Of a stretch of 50,964 bases of DNA, positions 13,317 to 26,000 are shown piece by piece. Position 1 is the first letter of the stretch. Each line of letters starts with the position of its first letter. The translations under genes were made by a program, and so were the position numbers. The stretch spans positions 192,284 to 243,247 of the forward strand of contig NW_005434614.1 of NCBI RefSeq assembly GCF_000315625.1, read 5' to 3'. The notes under the pieces were generated by a model. The model worked only from the letters and a program-made list of their open reading frames with translations. It did no database searches and was not told the DNA's origin. This DNA is from Guillardia theta CCMP2712. Its lineage: Eukaryota > Protista > Cryptophyta.

Positions 13317-13739
13317 GGAAGGACAAAGGGTTGGATACTCTGAGTGCTACCATCTCTCTTCCTCTATCGCCATCGCTCCTCCCCCTCGCATCGCACCTCT
13401 CTCCTTTCCCACTTCTCTCCATTACTCCATTGACAGGAAGGTGGCGCATCACTGTAATAATTAGCTAAAAGATTAAACTTGGAAAACAATAGAATTAGGC
13501 AAACAGAGTTTCCGATACACCGGGGTCCGGGCCTGCCTCGGGCTACTAGAGGTTACTACGGATGACTTGACGGATGTAGCCTAGTAGTGAGATCGGACGT
13601 GAACATGCACGACAGAGAAGCTGACTGAGACGAGGCTTGTACCATGCCAGTGTCAAGACGGCATCAGTCGAGGCTTACTGATAGTAGGCTTCATAGTATA
13701 TCAAGACATGTGACTTATTATGCTCGAAGTGCGGGTGAT

Positions 13740-16149
13740 GTCTCCTTGGCATATTGTCAACACCTGACGAGCCTTGTCCTGCCAGGACGTGAGACAGAGA
13801 CAGAGAGAGCATGAGTTATACATCACCTCCGACACTGAATGATTCCTCACCAGCCACAACACCTGCCGTCTTTGTCATCGTCTTGTCCTTCTTTTCCCCT
13901 CTCCTCCTCCTCCTCCTCCTCCTCCTCCTCCTCCTCCTCCTCCTCCTCCTCCTCCTCCTCCTCCTCCTCCTCCTCCTCCTCCTCCTCCTCCTCTGGAGCA
14001 TTATCATTGTCATCATTGTCATCATGTTCATCATCGCTGCACCAGCTTTCAAACGTATTCATCCTTTTCTCGCATCGACTCATCGAACCTTGCTGTCCTC
14101 GTCGTCAGCTTCACTCTCCTCCAGAGTTTTTCTCTGCGGCACCTCCTGCTGCCTGACCTCCTGCGTCCCTCGTCACTCGCAGCAGATCTGCTAGCCGCTG
14201 CTCACCGTCTTCATCCTCGTCTCCAGCTTACTCGATCCTCGAAGTCTTGTCAAGCTTCTCCGGCTGACAGCGCATCGGATGTTCTGCTGCAATCGCACGA
14301 TCATAGCCAAGTATCTCTGCACTCGCAAGTTCCGGAAGACATTTCTGGCCTTGTGGACGCGAAAGCTGGAGGGAGAAGGTCAGAGGGAGCTGCGGACGAG
14401 GACAGCATACGAGCGGGCCAGCACGTTGGCGGAGATATTGAGCATGGACTCAGAAACGATCTGAACAGCAGCAGCGTGTCACGTTGCCTCTCCCTCCTCC
14501 CTCTCTCACCCTATCGCACGCGCACACTGTGTTCCATACTGCTCGCCGCCTGCAGCAGCCTCGACGTCAGGAGGAGTGGAAGGGCAAGGGCACGTGGAGG
14601 TCACCTTGGGGAGGGGAGGCAGCTCAGCTGGTCAAGAAACTCCTCCGAGATGCTCCAGGTCGGAGTCCAGACGCTGCGCAGGGGTCACGAGAGAGAGGCT
14701 CGTCCTGCTGGTACCGCTCGAGCTGAGGGAGGTACTCCCTGACCATGCTCATTGTAGACGCCACGACCCTTCCCACTCGCTCTCGCCCGGGCTGTGGCGA
14801 CCCCTCGCGGGGCTTCAAGCTTGAGACCATAACGTCCAGCTGCTCGGCTGCTCTGAGCCGGCGGACCTTCTCTTGCACCCTCGCGCTGCTGTCGACGCGG
14901 CGAGACACGTCGCGGATCAAGTCGGAGAGAGCTGAGGTGAGAGTGAGAGGGAGGATCAACGGGAGGAGGCGACCTGGACGAGGCTGCGAGGGAGACGTCT
15001 GCTGCTCCTGCCAACGAGAGATGCTGCGAGCGATGGTGAAGTGCCGAAGAGAGTCTCGCTCCCCACGAGCATCTTTTGAGAGGGTCGCCTCCTCCCTCTT
15101 CTCTGCCTCCTCCCAACCCGCAGGTCGGTGCGTCACAAACTCTTCTTTGTCCATCGTGAACACAGCTCTCCTCTCCTCCGCATGCTCTCCCTCTCTCCTA
15201 CGCATCAACGAGAACTCGAGCGCCTGACGCGGCGACATGCTCGCCATCTTGGGGGAGACAGCAGAGAGCATCTGCGACACTTGCCTTCTCGCAAGCTCTT
15301 TAAGCCGAGTGACCTGAGCAACATCAGATCTCTTGGCAGTCCGTCTGATCTCACCGAGTCTCTCGACGCCTCTAGTGTCTTGGGCCTCGTGCTTGTGAGC
15401 ACGTGCTCGACGAAGAACTCCCTCGCGTCCTCGTTCCTCAACGTGTCGCTCCCAGTCGCGCCGACTGTCCGACTGAGCATGAGCGAGGATTGAATGCCGA
15501 CGAGGCGGCGGAAGGAAGAAGAGGAAGCGGCACGAAGTCTAGGGAAGGGAGACAAGCTTGCAACAGTCTCGGACGTCATGCCGCGATGATCCACAACGAC
15601 TGCAGGCTGTCGTTGGACCTTCAACCTCCGCACTCTGTCGGCAGAGGAAGTCATGGGTTTGTGTTGTAGTTGGTAACGAAGTTTTTCCTCTTCCCTGGAG
15701 TATCGAAACATCTTCTCTCTCACCGATTCCATCTCACGATTATGTTGCTGCACAATCTTTGCTTTCCTTCTGTCATACTCCAACCTGATCGTTGCGATGT
15801 TTCCTTCAGAGCTGCCCACGTTACTCCCTCCCCCTTCTTCGCGTCCTAGCATGAGAGCCTCTATTTCTTCCAGCTCCTTGTCGACATCGTGTAAGTGACG
15901 TCTGAGCCGATCCTCGGACATGTGCATGCTTGACCGAAGGTCTGCTCTTGTCTTCTCACAAATCTGAATTCTCTCTTTGAGAGCATCGTCGTTGACAGTT
16001 GTCTTTCTGAGAGCATTGTTGTTGTGGTTCGAGCCGGTGGATTTCTCTCCATCCCTTGTCACATTCTCTGACTGTGTGTGAGCAAGGCCGGCTAGTGTCC
16101 GACAAGGCGAGCTCTGCTGCCAAGCCTCACGAGCTTCCGCAGGAGGCAT
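13740..16149 (-). CDS. Coiled-coil protein with IQ-like motifs, multi-exon
   Basis: Long exons at 15205-16149 and 14624-15280. Spliced segments NVLARS|FRVHKAR and IVRLQQNIRCAVSRR resemble IQ motifs. The 3' end is uncertain. Confidence 0.5.
13901..13992. repeat. (CCT)n microsatellite
   Basis: About 30 perfect units. Confidence 0.9.
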
Positions 16150-16245
16150 CCATGCTTTCAGTCTGCAAGCCTCTCAGGTTACCCCTTGGATGATCCTCCC
16201 CTCCTCCTCCACCTCCTCCCCTCCTCCTACCCCTCCATGTCCACG

Positions 16246-16993
16246 TCACAGCGTGAGCACGGCAGCCATCGCAAGACGTTGGACAGGTGAAGTTCCATCT
16301 CCTCCTCCTTCCTGCTGAGCGTAAGGACAGTCACTGACCGCAAACCTCAACCTGTCCACGAGCTGAATCCGGTAGTCCTCTACCCTTATCGCCCCATCAC
16401 CCGTAGCAGGCAGCAGCAGCAGCCCCCCGGGCAATACGATCAACTGCACCTTCAAGGGGCCCTGGCAGCTTGTGAGTGCAGAACAAGAAGGAGAGAAGAA
16501 GCAACATGAAAGACAGCAAACGGCTGTTGCGGTCGGAAGGTCCATCCCATGTTGGACTCTTGTACCATGCTGATGAACGACTTTGTCTTGATGTCTTCGT
16601 ACAAACTATCATGAGCAGTCAGAACAGCACCAGCATGACTTCATCTGCCTTTCTCCACATCCGTGCTCGAGCTCCTCCACCATGGACTGATCGAGCAAGG
16701 AAGGCAGAGGAGCGATGGAGAGGTCGCGCAGCCGGCAGCGAAGCATGTTGGAACCAACTCTGAGGGCCAGGGAGCCCTCTAACAATCATCATCAGACTAG
16801 TCTAGCAGGCAGCAACATCACCAGACGATCTTTTGCCGCTCAGCTCTACGATCACATCTGTCTTCACGTTCCTCAAGTACATCAGGCCTGACTTGACAGC
16901 GTCAACCTCGTCGTACACGCACACCTTCACTTCACCTTCATCTGAGGGAGACATCTGATACAGCCAAGTCTCTTCCATGTCACTTCCCTTCAT
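16246..16993 (-). CDS. Small hypothetical multi-exon protein
   Basis: Protein-like minus-strand exons (MKGSDMEETWLYQ...; GPLKVQLIVLPGG...AMAAVLTL*). No domain recognised. Confidence 0.3.
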
Positions 16994-17410
16994 CCCAAGA
17001 GCTCTGTCCGTCAGCTCTTGTCCAGCTACATTCCTCCCCCCCTCCCCCCCTCTGCTTCCCCCCCCTTGCGGCAGTTGATTCATAGGCCCCGACACCAGTC
17101 CCTTCCCAGTACCTTTCCCTCCATTTACTCAAAGTTAAGCCCTCCCTCCCTCCCCTCTTTGCCCTTCCTGTACTCACCTGCCTCCAGCTGTTCGTGGTCC
17201 GCGCCACCTCCCTCCTCCTCCTCCTCCTCCTCCTCTTCCTTCTCCTCTTCCTTCTCCTCTTCCTTCTCCTCTTCCTTCCCCTTGTCTTGCAGGCAGTATC
17301 TGTATTTGTTTCTCGTGGATATCTCACTCGCTCGCTCCTCTACTTGTGCCCCCCTTGTCTCGCGGTGTTGGCTGGTTGGCTACCTGTCTTTCTCTCGACT
17401 TCTATTCAAG

Positions 17411-20400
17411 ATGCGACGACGCCCTGCCTCTGCGGTTGAGAGGAGGATGGACGTGGAGGGACACGCGAGGCAGTCAGAGGGCGCGAGGAGAAGGCCGGCA
17501 TCGGCAGTGCCAGCAGCTAAGAGCGAGGCTCCTCCTCCTCGAGGGTCAGCGAGACAGCGAGCGACACGTCCAGCGTCAGCCACCTTCTCGACCAGGACCC
17601 CTGACTTCATGGACCCTCCCTCCTCCCTCCCCCTTCGCCCAGCCTCCGCCTTTCGATTCTCGTCGAGGGAGGAGGCGCGAGGGGGGAGGAGGAGGCCGTC
17701 CTCTAGCCTGACGAGCTATCGCAAGGACCCAGCATGGGAGGCGATGGAGGCGAAAGAGGGCGGGCAGAGCTTCGCCTACACTCCCTTCTTCGACACGGTC
17801 GATGCGGAGGTCAAGAGCAAGATCGCTGACGGCAGCAACGCCCTCAGGCTCAAGATTCAGAGCGCCATGGCCAACCTTTACATGAGCAGAGACGAGCCGG
17901 AGGCGAGCACCGACGACCTCGTGTACCAGGACCTGACCAAGGAGATGACGCGGGACCTGCTGATAGCTCAGCTAGAGGACGAGATCCGGTACCTCCAGCT
18001 CGTCCAGACAGACCTCGAGCGCGAGAGAGTCGAAAGCCTGCAGGAGTTGCGAGCTCACAAGTGGAGGCTCTCGCACAAGCTGAGCAAGGTGGAGAAGCTC
18101 AACGTGTTCCTGCGGGAGACCATGATAACAGGCACCTTCGAGCCCACCAAGATGGATGAGATCGATCAGCACGCTGTCACGAGCTCTCATGACGGGCCCA
18201 TCCCGCGCACCCTCCTGCTCCACGACGCCATCAACAAGAACAACCCGAACAAGCAGACCTTTCACCGCATCATCAACCCAACGCCCCTCCCCCTCTCCCT
18301 CTCCTCCCACACGCCCTTGCTCAACCTCTGGATCGCCTATGTCCCTGACGCCTCCTGCTTGACTCGCGAGACGTCGCTCAGGGCGCAGCTGGTGAAGCTG
18401 CAAGGTAGCGAGCTGGACACGATTCAGCACTGGAGGGACCTGAAGAGGATTCTGAGCTCAGGGGATCATCGGAGAAGGTTGAAGGCGATGGGATGCAGCG
18501 GAGTGATGGAGTTGATGACGAAGAAGGGGAAGCAACACAAGATGCACGCGAGCCTGTCGATGGAGATGTTGAAGAAGCACGCGGACAAGTCGAATCCTCT
18601 TGTGATCTCAGACAAGGCAAGTCAGCTGTCAGACGAGCAAACAGAGGAGAAGATTCACAACATGACTATCCTGACGGCGAAGTTGACGGAGAAGAATGGA
18701 GAGGGCAAGCTGCCGGCTGATGAGGAGGATGATCCAACGACCTTCGACGCAGTGCTGATGGAGCTGAACAATCAAAGCAGCAGGAATGCGGAGGCAGCGG
18801 CGGAGCACGCTGCTGAGGACGTGGCGGAAGGAGAGAACAGGGAGGGGCAGAACGCGGGGGTTGAGGGTCAGGGCTCGATAGATCTTTCTCTCTTCAAGGA
18901 GATCTTACAGAGCAAGGAGGGAGAGAAAGGCGGTGCCGTAGTGGTTCAAAAGCACAAAGACACTCGGCGAAGACAGACAGTACAGCAGCAGGTGCAGAGG
19001 TTGCTCCGGGGGCAGGAGGCTCTCAGCAAGTTCCAGGAGGTGGTGGCGTCGCTGGACCTGCAGACAAGGCTGGACATGATCGAGGAGGTGGCGAGCAACC
19101 TGGTGGGGGTGGGGATGGTGATCAGACTGATGGACGCCATGAGGAGGATAGTTCATGACTCTGGGGTCGACGAGACCCTCGTGCTTCTCAACCTCCAGCA
19201 GGCGATTATGCAGCTCGTGCACGCGGGGCACGTGCGGATGTGGCTGACGGACGAGAGGAACAGCAAGATATGGGAGTGGACGGCCAGCAACCCGGAGGGC
19301 CAGCAGCAGCGAAGCTTCACCAACGCAGAGGTAGCGAGCGGGGAGGAGAGCGTGCACGTGAGGAAGCGACAAGTGAAGCCCGGGATTGCTGCTGACGTGG
19401 CGAGGACGGGGATGGGAATCAACATTCCGTTCCCGGCCGTTCAGTCCAAGTCGTTCAGCATCGAGGTGGACAGACTGCAGGGGGAGAACGCGAGGACGAT
19501 CATGTGCGAGCCCATCCGGCACGGGGGCCAAGTGGTTGCGGTGATCCAGTGCTACAACAAGGTCTCGCCATCAGGGGAGGAGCCGTTCACGCGAGTTGAC
19601 GAGCTGCTGGTGCGCAGCATCGGGGAGCTTGCGGGGGGTCTCATCCACAAGTGCTCCCAGCTCAAGACCCTGCTGGAGGCGTCCAGGAAGGCTCTGCACG
19701 TGTCCTCGCTGACGCGGCACTACCCGTTCAACTACCAGGACCTCTTCCTCCTCGCCCACGCATACACGCGCGACATGATGGAGAGAGTTGAAGCGACGCA
19801 CTGCCAGCTCTACGTCTCCTCCGTCCTGGACAACAACCGCAAGTTCCTGTGGTCCTTCTCTCCTGCTGGACTCGGCGAGCCCCTCGTGATCCCTCATGGC
19901 GTCGGCGTCGCGGGTTGGGTGGCAGAGCACGAGGAGGCGGTGAGGTCAGAGGACGTGCGAGCAGATCCGAGGTTTGCAGAGGAGGTCGACTTCGTGTACT
20001 TGAGCCTAAAGAAGCACAAGGAGGAGGGGGAGGAGGGGAAGGAGGAGACCCACGGGCTGCTGGCGCTGCCCTTGTTCAACCTCGACGGGTCGCTGCTGGG
20101 GGTCTGCAGCTTCATAGACAAGAAGGGGGGAGGGACGTTCACGGAGATGGACGAGCAGGTGACGCGAGTGAGCAAGCGAATGATGGAGATCGTCGTCAAC
20201 ACCTCCCTCGCCAACCACTCCCACTTCTTCGCGCAGGAGACGGTCTTCGAGGCGCTCTTCCAGCTCAAGCGCCTCACTGAGTGCGATCGCGCCATGCTGA
20301 TGGTGAGCGAGACGAAGCGATCAAGCCGGATGAGGAAGAAGCAGCTGCGGCTGGCGGCTCACTCTGACTCATTCATCTACGAGAGGAAGGAGCAGAGCCT

Positions 20401-20713
20401 GAGCCTCCCCATCGCCGACGGTCTCTTCGGCTACGTAGCTCGCACTGGCTTTGACATCGTCATCCCAGACGCCCAGGTGGACCCGCGCTTCAACCGCCTG
20501 CTGGACAGGCAGCTGGACTACAGCACGACCTCGCTCATGTGCATCCCCGTTCCTCACCATGACAGCGAGGAGAGCATCCTCGGCGTCCTCGTGCTCTCCA
20601 ACAAGTCCAACGCCCGCGCCTTCACCCCCATGGACATCGCGGCTGCGCACGTGATGCGCCGCTGCATCTCCTACTTGTACTCCAACTCCATCAAAGATAA
20701 ACCGACGGGATGA
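17411..20713 (+). CDS. Intronless ~1100-aa protein with three tandem GAF domains and no catalytic output domain
   Basis: The first plausible ATG is at 17411 (MRRRPASA). GAF signatures: GIAADVARTGMGINIP...ARTIMCEPI...VAVIQCYNK...PFTRVDE; GVAGWVAE...DPRF...LLALPL..LLGV...FTEMDE; GLFGYVARTG...DAQVDPRFN..LD....TTSLMCIPV...LGVLVLSNK...FTPMD. Confidence 0.88.
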   Translation: MRRRPASAVERRMDVEGHARQSEGARRRPASAVPAAKSEAPPPRGSARQRATRPASATFSTRTPDFMDPPSSLPLRPASAFRFSSREEARGGRRRPSSSLTSYRKDPAWEAMEAKEGGQSFAYTPFFDTVDAEVKSKIADGSNALRLKIQSAMANLYMSRDEPEASTDDLVYQDLTKEMTRDLLIAQLEDEIRYLQLVQTDLERERVESLQELRAHKWRLSHKLSKVEKLNVFLRETMITGTFEPTKMDEIDQHAVTSSHDGPIPRTLLLHDAINKNNPNKQTFHRIINPTPLPLSLSSHTPLLNLWIAYVPDASCLTRETSLRAQLVKLQGSELDTIQHWRDLKRILSSGDHRRRLKAMGCSGVMELMTKKGKQHKMHASLSMEMLKKHADKSNPLVISDKASQLSDEQTEEKIHNMTILTAKLTEKNGEGKLPADEEDDPTTFDAVLMELNNQSSRNAEAAAEHAAEDVAEGENREGQNAGVEGQGSIDLSLFKEILQSKEGEKGGAVVVQKHKDTRRRQTVQQQVQRLLRGQEALSKFQEVVASLDLQTRLDMIEEVASNLVGVGMVIRLMDAMRRIVHDSGVDETLVLLNLQQAIMQLVHAGHVRMWLTDERNSKIWEWTASNPEGQQQRSFTNAEVASGEESVHVRKRQVKPGIAADVARTGMGINIPFPAVQSKSFSIEVDRLQGENARTIMCEPIRHGGQVVAVIQCYNKVSPSGEEPFTRVDELLVRSIGELAGGLIHKCSQLKTLLEASRKALHVSSLTRHYPFNYQDLFLLAHAYTRDMMERVEATHCQLYVSSVLDNNRKFLWSFSPAGLGEPLVIPHGVGVAGWVAEHEEAVRSEDVRADPRFAEEVDFVYLSLKKHKEEGEEGKEETHGLLALPLFNLDGSLLGVCSFIDKKGGGTFTEMDEQVTRVSKRMMEIVVNTSLANHSHFFAQETVFEALFQLKRLTECDRAMLMVSETKRSSRMRKKQLRLAAHSDSFIYERKEQSLSLPIADGLFGYVARTGFDIVIPDAQVDPRFNRLLDRQLDYSTTSLMCIPVPHHDSEESILGVLVLSNKSNARAFTPMDIAAAHVMRRCISYLYSNSIKDKPTG

Positions 20714-20899
20714 TGGTCAAGCGCAGCAGAGGAGGAGGAGGAGGGGAGGAGGAGAGGAGGAGGAGGAGGCGAAAGGCTTTAAAAGTTTGAGTTCTTGCCG
20801 ATCTTGTCCAGAAGACGCGAATATCTGAGCAGACAAGTTGAGACGAGACGGCAATACATGTCATTTAGGATACCTCTCCTGCAAGCCCCCAGCTGTAGT

Positions 20900-22818
20900 C
20901 CAGCTGCTGCTCTGATCTTTCAAGAAGGTGTTTGAAAACTAGCAGACGATCAGAGCTGATATCGCAGGGTGTCAAAGTTTGAACCCGATCAGGTCGCGGA
21001 CGATGAGCCAAGCTTGACAAGTTTGTCATGACTGGAAGGTGACGGTTGACCGGCTTGATGTCTTCATCTGTCCCATGATGACCGACCAGGCTGAAGCTGG
21101 AAGAGAGAAAGAATGGAGGAGGGAGGAGAAGCAGGAGAAGAGGAGCGAGAAAGAGGAGGATAGGCAGGAGAGACCTGGTGGTGCTGACATCATGCGATTG
21201 AGCTCATCGATGTCCTACGGAAAGAGACGATCAAGGCATGCCAGTCAGAAAGCAGGGCGCACCTGCATGAGCAGAGAGACGTCGCTCTTGAGCTCGTCGG
21301 ATTCTTTCTTCAGGCTCTGGTTTTCTTGCAGGACGGATTCAAGTTTCCGACTGAGCTCGTCCTTGTCGGATTTGAGTTGCGAGTATTTCTTGTTTCTCTC
21401 CAACAACTGGGCATCATTGGTATCGGATCATTGGTATCGCCTCCAGCACGACACGAGGCACCTCAAACTGAAGGTTTTGTAAGTCCCGCTGGTACTGCCT
21501 GTCAAGGATTTGTCTGATAGCTCCTGGTTAAATGATTTTAACATGAGAACATGTCATTCACTGTTGATAGTAAAAATCTTCCGGCGACCTTGACGTCTGA
21601 AAAGCTGTCCCAAACTGCGACTTTAACACGCGATCATCTTCCTTTCAAGTCATCGAGCACGTAAACAAATTCACTACCTGCATCTGAGCCTGCAATCGAT
21701 CGTTTGCGACGTTGTATCCCTTGGAATGCATATCAGTTGTAGGAGTGTAAGCAGTAGGATTCACCTTCAACTCCGCGTTCTCTTGCTTCAAACGATCTCG
21801 TTCTTGCACAACCTCCTCAAACTTTGCCCGCTCTTGATCTCGTTTCCTGACAAGTTTGTCGTACTTGACAAGGTCATCAGATGTTGCTCGGCTCCACAAC
21901 AGGCTCACTTTTCTCTGAATCTTTTCTAGAACACTCGGATCGAGCCGAGAGCTCCCAACGTTCTCCAGCTTTCCCTCCAGGAGCTGAATCTTCTTCACCA
22001 GCAGCTGTTGCTCCTCGTCCTTCAACCTCAACTCTTCGCGCAGGTGCATGACCTGCTGCAAGTCAGGCAACTACCTTCATCCTCATCCTCTCCTACAAGC
22101 TCGTCGTCACGACTTCTCCTCGCCCGATCGTCTCTGCCATCGTGATGATCGTAGCCGTGCAGGTCTGAGGGAGGCAGGTAAACCCACGAGCAACGGCAGG
22201 TGAAGTCAACTTTGACTGGAGACCGACTGCTCCTCTTCGTATTGCTGAACGAAACGTCTGTCAGGCTCCAGCACCACGTCAAAGACAAAGTCTTGGGGGT
22301 CGCGTGAAAACTGAAGCTCCTGCAACTTACATCAGCGACAGAGTCTCCTCTCCTGATGCTATTAGCTTTCTGCCCCTTCTAACTCTCCTCTCCTCTCCTC
22401 TCCTCTCCTCTCCTCTCCTTCTCCACCCTCTCCTCTCTTCAGGCACTCACGATCGGCTCGTCGGCGGCGAAGTCTGAGAACAGCATCTTCAGCTGCTCAA
22501 GGCTGAGAACGTCGATGCTGCGACCAAAGACGCCTTCAAGAACATCCCCCACGTCGATCTGACAGCTGATGTGAACATGCCGCCTGCTGTTCTCTACTCC
22601 CTCCCCTCCACCCCTTCCCCCCCACCCCCCTTTGCTCTCCTCCTCCTCCTCCTTCCTACCTCCCTCGAACGCTGCGCAGGAGATCCGTCCAAGAGCGAGC
22701 TGACAACAAACATACGCCTGCTCCCTGTCAAAGAGCTATGCTCCTCGTCCTTGTCCTCGTCCTCGTCCTCGTCCTCGTCTCTGTTCCTCTTCATCTCCTC
22801 CACCACCACCAGCCCCAT
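20900..22818 (-). CDS. Hypothetical coiled-coil protein, multi-exon
   Basis: Exons read LREELRLKDEEQQLLVKKIQLLEGKLE, AKFEEVVQERDRLKQENAELK and LKSDKDELSRKLESVLQENQSLKKE. Ends are approximate. Confidence 0.5.
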
Positions 22819-23030
22819 CCCGACATGCTCCCCTCGCCGTTGCGGCATTAGGACGTCAGTCAAGTTGACGAGGGAAAAAAAAAACTGGATCAACTTTGAT
22901 AGAATGGTAAAACATGTGCGAGCATACAAACTCGCGTATTATAAAACATATGTACATCTAGCTACAAAAATCAACATTCCTCCTCCTCCTCCTCCTCCTC
23001 CTCCTCCTCCTCCTCCTTCCCTCTTGGCTC

Positions 23031-26000
23031 TCACAGTCTTGTGCCAGACAGCACGCGACCTCCTGAGATGAGCCCCATGGCCTTGGAGACGTTGAGCACC
23101 TGAGCCTTCTTCCAGCACTCGAAGGAGCTGCTGACCCACGTGAAGCCGACGCAGGCGCTGTCAATACTACACTCATGGCAACAGCTTCGCACGCTGTGAC
23201 GAGTGTGAGGAACGAGAGGAGGGAGGAGGAGAGAGCAAAGCTTACCTGTAGGCTACGGTGTAACTGCCGATGTCCCTCCCCTTGAGGTCCGTGTTGTGCT
23301 TGACCTTGAAGAATGCGCCAGAGCAAAACCAGTTGGACTGGAGTGAAGGTTGAAAGATTTCAGTGAAATATGTGGGAACAATCTTGAAGAAAGACAACAA
23401 TCATCATCTCATCATAACAACAACACTTTCATCATCATCATCATCATCTTCTTCTTCTTCAGCATCAGCATTGCCATCACCTTCTCTTTTTGCTTGCTGT
23501 TCATTGGTAACATGCTGGTCAAATTTGCGCGTAGAGCCGCTTCTTGTGCCGCTTCTTCTTCGCTACGATGGAGAGTCTTAGAGATAAGGCTCTGCTTGAA
23601 CGCGACAGCTGGACCCGCAGCCTGAGCCTGCAGCTGCAGAAATTCCTGCGTGATAGACTGCTGGGCCTGAGCTGAAGGCTGCTGGGGCATGGCAAGCTGC
23701 TGGGCCTGAGCTGAAGGCTGCTGGGGCATGGCGAGCTGCTGAGCCTGAGCTGAAGGCTGCTGGGGCATGGCGAGCTGCTGAGCCTGAGCTGAAGGCTGCT
23801 GGAGCATGACGGGCTGCTGGGCCTGAGCTGAAGGCTGCTGGGGCATGGCGGGCTGCTGGGCCTGAGCTGAAGGCTGCTGGGGCATGACGGGCTGCTGGGC
23901 CTGAGCTGAAGGCTGCTGGGGCATGACGGGCTGCTGAGCCTGAGCTGAAGGCTGCTGGGGCATGACGGGCTGCTGGGCCTGAGCTGAAGGCTGCTGGGGC
24001 ATGACGGGCTGCTGGGCCTGAGCTGAAGGCTGCTGGGGCATGACGGGCTGCTGGGCCTGAGCTTGAGGTTGGTTATTCACTTGCAGGCTCAGTCCGGTCC
24101 TGACAAATGCCGATCTCGCTCGCATCAGCGAGAACTCAACAGGCTTGCAGCTGATGGTGTCGTCTTGGAGGAACCACAAGCCGTTCTGCTTGGCATACGC
24201 CAGCCTGACCTCGAGGGAGAGGGAAGACAGAAAGTCGATGACGACAGGGATGACTTGTTTGCAAGTCCCGCCCAACTCCCACTGGAGGCCGAGGAACCAT
24301 CGGCCCGATCGAAACCTGCAGGGATCAAGCGGCTGCGAGACGACGAGCCGTTCTTTCTCCATCTCCTGCGTCATCGACTGGTAGAGGTCGAGCAAGACGT
24401 CCGAAGCAGCGTCGGTCACTGTGCCCGCGATAGTCTCGTTCATCCCCCTCAAAACTCTCTTCCAGAAACACTTGGAGCCGTCTGACGAGTGTACCAGCAC
24501 AAAGTCCAACCCCTTTCGCGATCGCCGATCCTCCAGGCTCACCATAGTGGCAGCAGACTGCACGAGCTCGTGGTCCCGAAGAGGGCTGCTGAGCCAGCCC
24601 ATGTCGGGGGAGGTCAGCAAGACCTTGGGATGCAGGGAGAGCGCGGCGACGAGGAGCTTGATGCGAAAGACCAGATGGCTTTGCTCAGCTGCCTCCTGGC
24701 TCCTCCCCCTCCCGTCAAACTCCGGGTGTGAGAGTACGAGAATATTCAAGCGTTTGCCGTAGGCCGAGACTCTGGTAGCTGACTCATGGCTGGAAAGAAC
24801 AAGCAGAGTCCTCTCGTGCACTCCCACCATCTCGAGGGTGTTGCATACCCAGGAGAGGAGAAAGATGACGTGAGAGTCCGGGACCACCAGCAGGATCAGA
24901 ATGTCTTTGGGCATGAAGAGAACCTTGCTAGCAAGCCGTCGCTTCACTTCATCGTCTTCCTGCAAGGCGCTGCAGTAGGCTGGGACGACGAGTTGCGGCG
25001 ATGAAGATGCCGATGGGTCTGGCACAGCATGGAAAGCAGGGGAGCCTGCCATTTGGCTTGCAAGTGGAGCAGCGAACTGCTGCGGAGGGAAGGGAGAGGC
25101 TTGAGAGAGGATGACGGGAGGTTGCAAGGAGGCCACCTGAGGCTGATAGAAAGCGCTTCCCCCTTGGAAGTAGTCTCGATTGGCCGGCATTCTCACATTT
25201 GCTCCTCCTGCAAGTCCCCCCCCCTGCTTCTCCATCTTCTCCTCGTATGCGTGAAGGTTCTTGGTGTACTGAAAGTTTACCATAGACGCCCTCGCAGCTC
25301 CTTCCTCCTTCACCTCATGCCCATCCCAGTCAAGAGCTGGGATGACATCCGGCCATACTGTCAACCGCGAGTCCCAGCTTGTTAGAAGCTGGAAGTCCTT
25401 TCCTCCCGCAACCTCATAGTGGAGCCCAGCCTCCCTCCAGTTGGCGACGAGCGTCTTCTCGTTGAAGAGCCAGGGGTACACGCAGTAGAGGCCTCGCTCG
25501 TGCATGAAGCGAATGTGCCACATCTCCCATATCGTCTCCGCTCGTCCTGTCTCGAGGAACGACAGGTACCACACGCTCGGTTGGATCCCCTCCACCACAG
25601 GCAGGAACCCTTGTACCCCCCGCACCTTCTCGTACCAGATCCTGAACTCTCTCCATACCCTGGGCTTCGGCGAGTAGCTCCAGGTACCCATCAGCTTGTA
25701 CTTGAACACCGTGAACGTGTTGGGGATCGTGTTCCCCATCAGCCCCTCCTCCCTCGGGTCAGAGGCTCGCAGCTGAGCTCGCATGCCGCTGAAGCCTGCG
25801 ACCGAATGATCCTTGGCGAACCGCTTGTGAGCGGCGAGGAACCAGCGAGCGAAGAAGGGGGAGACTTCAAGGTCATCTTCGAGGAAGATCGGGATCTTGT
25901 TCGAGTCGTGCGAGGACGGCTGCCAAGATTCGATCCAGTTCCCCATGATGCCGACGTGCGTCGACCACTGATGGAGCTCCTTGATACCCCAAGGCCAGTC

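Noticed and set aside
17018-17410. N-terminal extension of the 1231-aa ORF
   Set aside because: It has a non-ATG start and runs through a low-complexity pyrimidine tract. The ATG at 17411 is the plausible start.
23412-23480. C-terminus MLMLKKKKMMMMMMKVLLL of the 1173-aa ORF
   Set aside because: This is read-through into an intron containing (GAT)n/(GAA)n repeats. Splicing gives the PAN domain instead.
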